From an uncultured Planctomycetota bacterium (GTDB lineage Bacteria; Planctomycetota; Planctomycetia; Isosphaerales; Isosphaeraceae), in the NCBI GenBank assembly GCA_963737655.1, contig CAVTTN010000002.1:7392001-7456000 (forward strand): 64,000 nt of DNA. The letters are read 5' to 3'. Shown here one piece after another: positions 62,933 through 64,000 of this stretch; the first letter of the stretch is position 1; each line of letters starts with the position of its first letter. Both the position numbers and the translations under genes were made by a program. The notes below the pieces were generated by a model. The model did no database searches. It saw nothing but the letters and a program-made list of their open reading frames with translations, and was not told where the DNA came from.

Positions 62933-63110
62933 TGTCTTACGTCCCGTCCGGGCGGTCCGCGAGGAATATTGCCGTCGATTCGATTATGACCTCTCGGCGA
63001 TCGTTCGCGATCTCAAGAGGCAGGAAGAGGCTGGAGGACGACGGGTCGTCCGGCTTCCGCCCCGCGACCCCTTCCCAACAACCGGCGAGTCTCGCCCGAA
63101 GACCGCGTGA
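62919..63110 (+). CDS. Small putative antitoxin-like protein
   Basis: MSEDDVLRPVRAVREEYCRRFDYDLSAIVRDLKRQEEAGGRRVVRLPPR resembles, from memory, the about 60-aa D.I..EVR..R....F..DL.AI..DL proteins found after PIN-domain genes. Confidence 0.6.
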   Translation: MSEDDVLRPVRAVREEYCRRFDYDLSAIVRDLKRQEEAGGRRVVRLPPRDPFPTTGESRPKTA

Positions 63111-63157
63111 ATTCCCCCGGCCCTGGCGTCCATCCCTTATCGAGGCCACGCCCCGCG

Positions 63158-64000
63158 ATGCCCACGCCCCCCGCCTTGCGGTCCCTGTGGAAGCTGGCCT
63201 CGTGGAGCCTCAAGCCCAACCAGAGGCTGCGCTGGACCCGCGCCGGGGTGGTCTACCTGGCCGTCTGGCTGCTGCTCCTGACGGCCGGGTTGTATCAGCA
63301 AGTGAACTTGATCTTGCTGGTGGCCGGGATGGCGGCGGGGCCGTTGGTGGCGTCGTTCCTGATCAGCGCGTCGATGCTCCGGAGGGTGAGAGTCGGGCGG
63401 CGGTCGCCTCCTTATGTGTTTTCGGGCGAGCCGCTGACCCTGGATTACTCCCTGGAGAATCGCCGCCGCGCCAACGCGGCGCTGGCGCTGACGATCGAGG
63501 ACGTCCTGGCCCCGTCGGAGCGGTCCGTGCCGGGGGGTTCGCCGGTCTCGCCGATGGTCCGGTTCTCCCGGGTCGCGCCGGGGCAGTGCGCGAGGGTCCG
63601 GTGGCGGGGGCCTTCGCCCGAGAGGGGCCGCTATCGGTTCGGCACCCTGGAGCTGGTCACGCGGTCGCCGTTCGGCCTGATCGAGAGGCGCGACCTGCTG
63701 GAGGAGCCGGCGGAGATCCTCGTCTATCCCCGGGTCGGCCACCTGGCCCGGCGATGGGGCCAGATCCATCGGGAGGCGACCGAGACCCGCCGAGGGACCC
63801 GCCACGACCGATCCGCCCAGCAACAGGAATACCACGGGCTCCGCGAGTATCGACCCGGCGACAGCCCTCGATGGATTCACTGGAGGACCACGGCCCGCAT
63901 CGGCAAGCCGATGGTCAAGGAGTTCGAGCAGCAGAACGACCAGGACCTGGCGATCCTGATCGACCCCTGGCTCCCGCGGACCAAGGCCACCCCCGAGCAG
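63158..64000 (+). CDS. DUF58 domain membrane protein (MoxR partner; 3' end runs off the window)
   Basis: Manual translation from ATG 63158: two N-terminal TMs, RGRYRFG...TRSPFGL, LVYPRVG and EYHGLREYRPGDSPRWIHWRTTARIGKPMVKEFE. Confidence 0.9.
   Translation, partial: MPTPPALRSLWKLASWSLKPNQRLRWTRAGVVYLAVWLLLLTAGLYQQVNLILLVAGMAAGPLVASFLISASMLRRVRVGRRSPPYVFSGEPLTLDYSLENRRRANAALALTIEDVLAPSERSVPGGSPVSPMVRFSRVAPGQCARVRWRGPSPERGRYRFGTLELVTRSPFGLIERRDLLEEPAEILVYPRVGHLARRWGQIHREATETRRGTRHDRSAQQQEYHGLREYRPGDSPRWIHWRTTARIGKPMVKEFEQQNDQDLAILIDPWLPRTKATPEQ

Overview
High-GC bacterial chromosomal segment, most likely from a planctomycete of the Isosphaeraceae type. This is inferred from planctomycete-type N-terminal RRxxRPxxExxExRxLMA motifs, a TPR/RNAP-alpha-CTD protein, a DUF4190-like protein and several short palindromic repeat families. 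The left two-thirds is largely housekeeping: Fe-ADH, HtrA protease, glycerate kinase-thiL-tsaE, a hom-apgM-lysC-argG operon, queD divergent from TPR-alphaCTD-tgt-yajC-secDF, pyc-birA and selB-selA. It also carries two tandem paralogous beta-propeller surface proteins that share a basic C-terminal domain. From 40.2 to 61.3 kb lies a Wzy-type exopolysaccharide locus (WecA-like, Wzc, O-antigen-ligase-like, FHA-TM-TPR protein, exosortase + EpsI, gmd, alkaline-phosphatase-superfamily enzyme, acyltransferase, Wzy-like protein, five glycosyltransferases). It is followed by a moxR-DUF58 operon interrupted by decayed toxin-antitoxin modules. Non-coding highlights are at least five palindromic repeat types, GTAG-type REPs whose TAG supplies the stop codons of hom and lysC, and a 147-bp MITE (27-bp perfect TIRs, 4-bp AGGA target duplication) nested inside another palindrome. 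About a dozen 1-2 nt frameshifts in conserved genes look like long-read assembly errors. I saw no rRNA, tRNA, CRISPR array or transposase gene.
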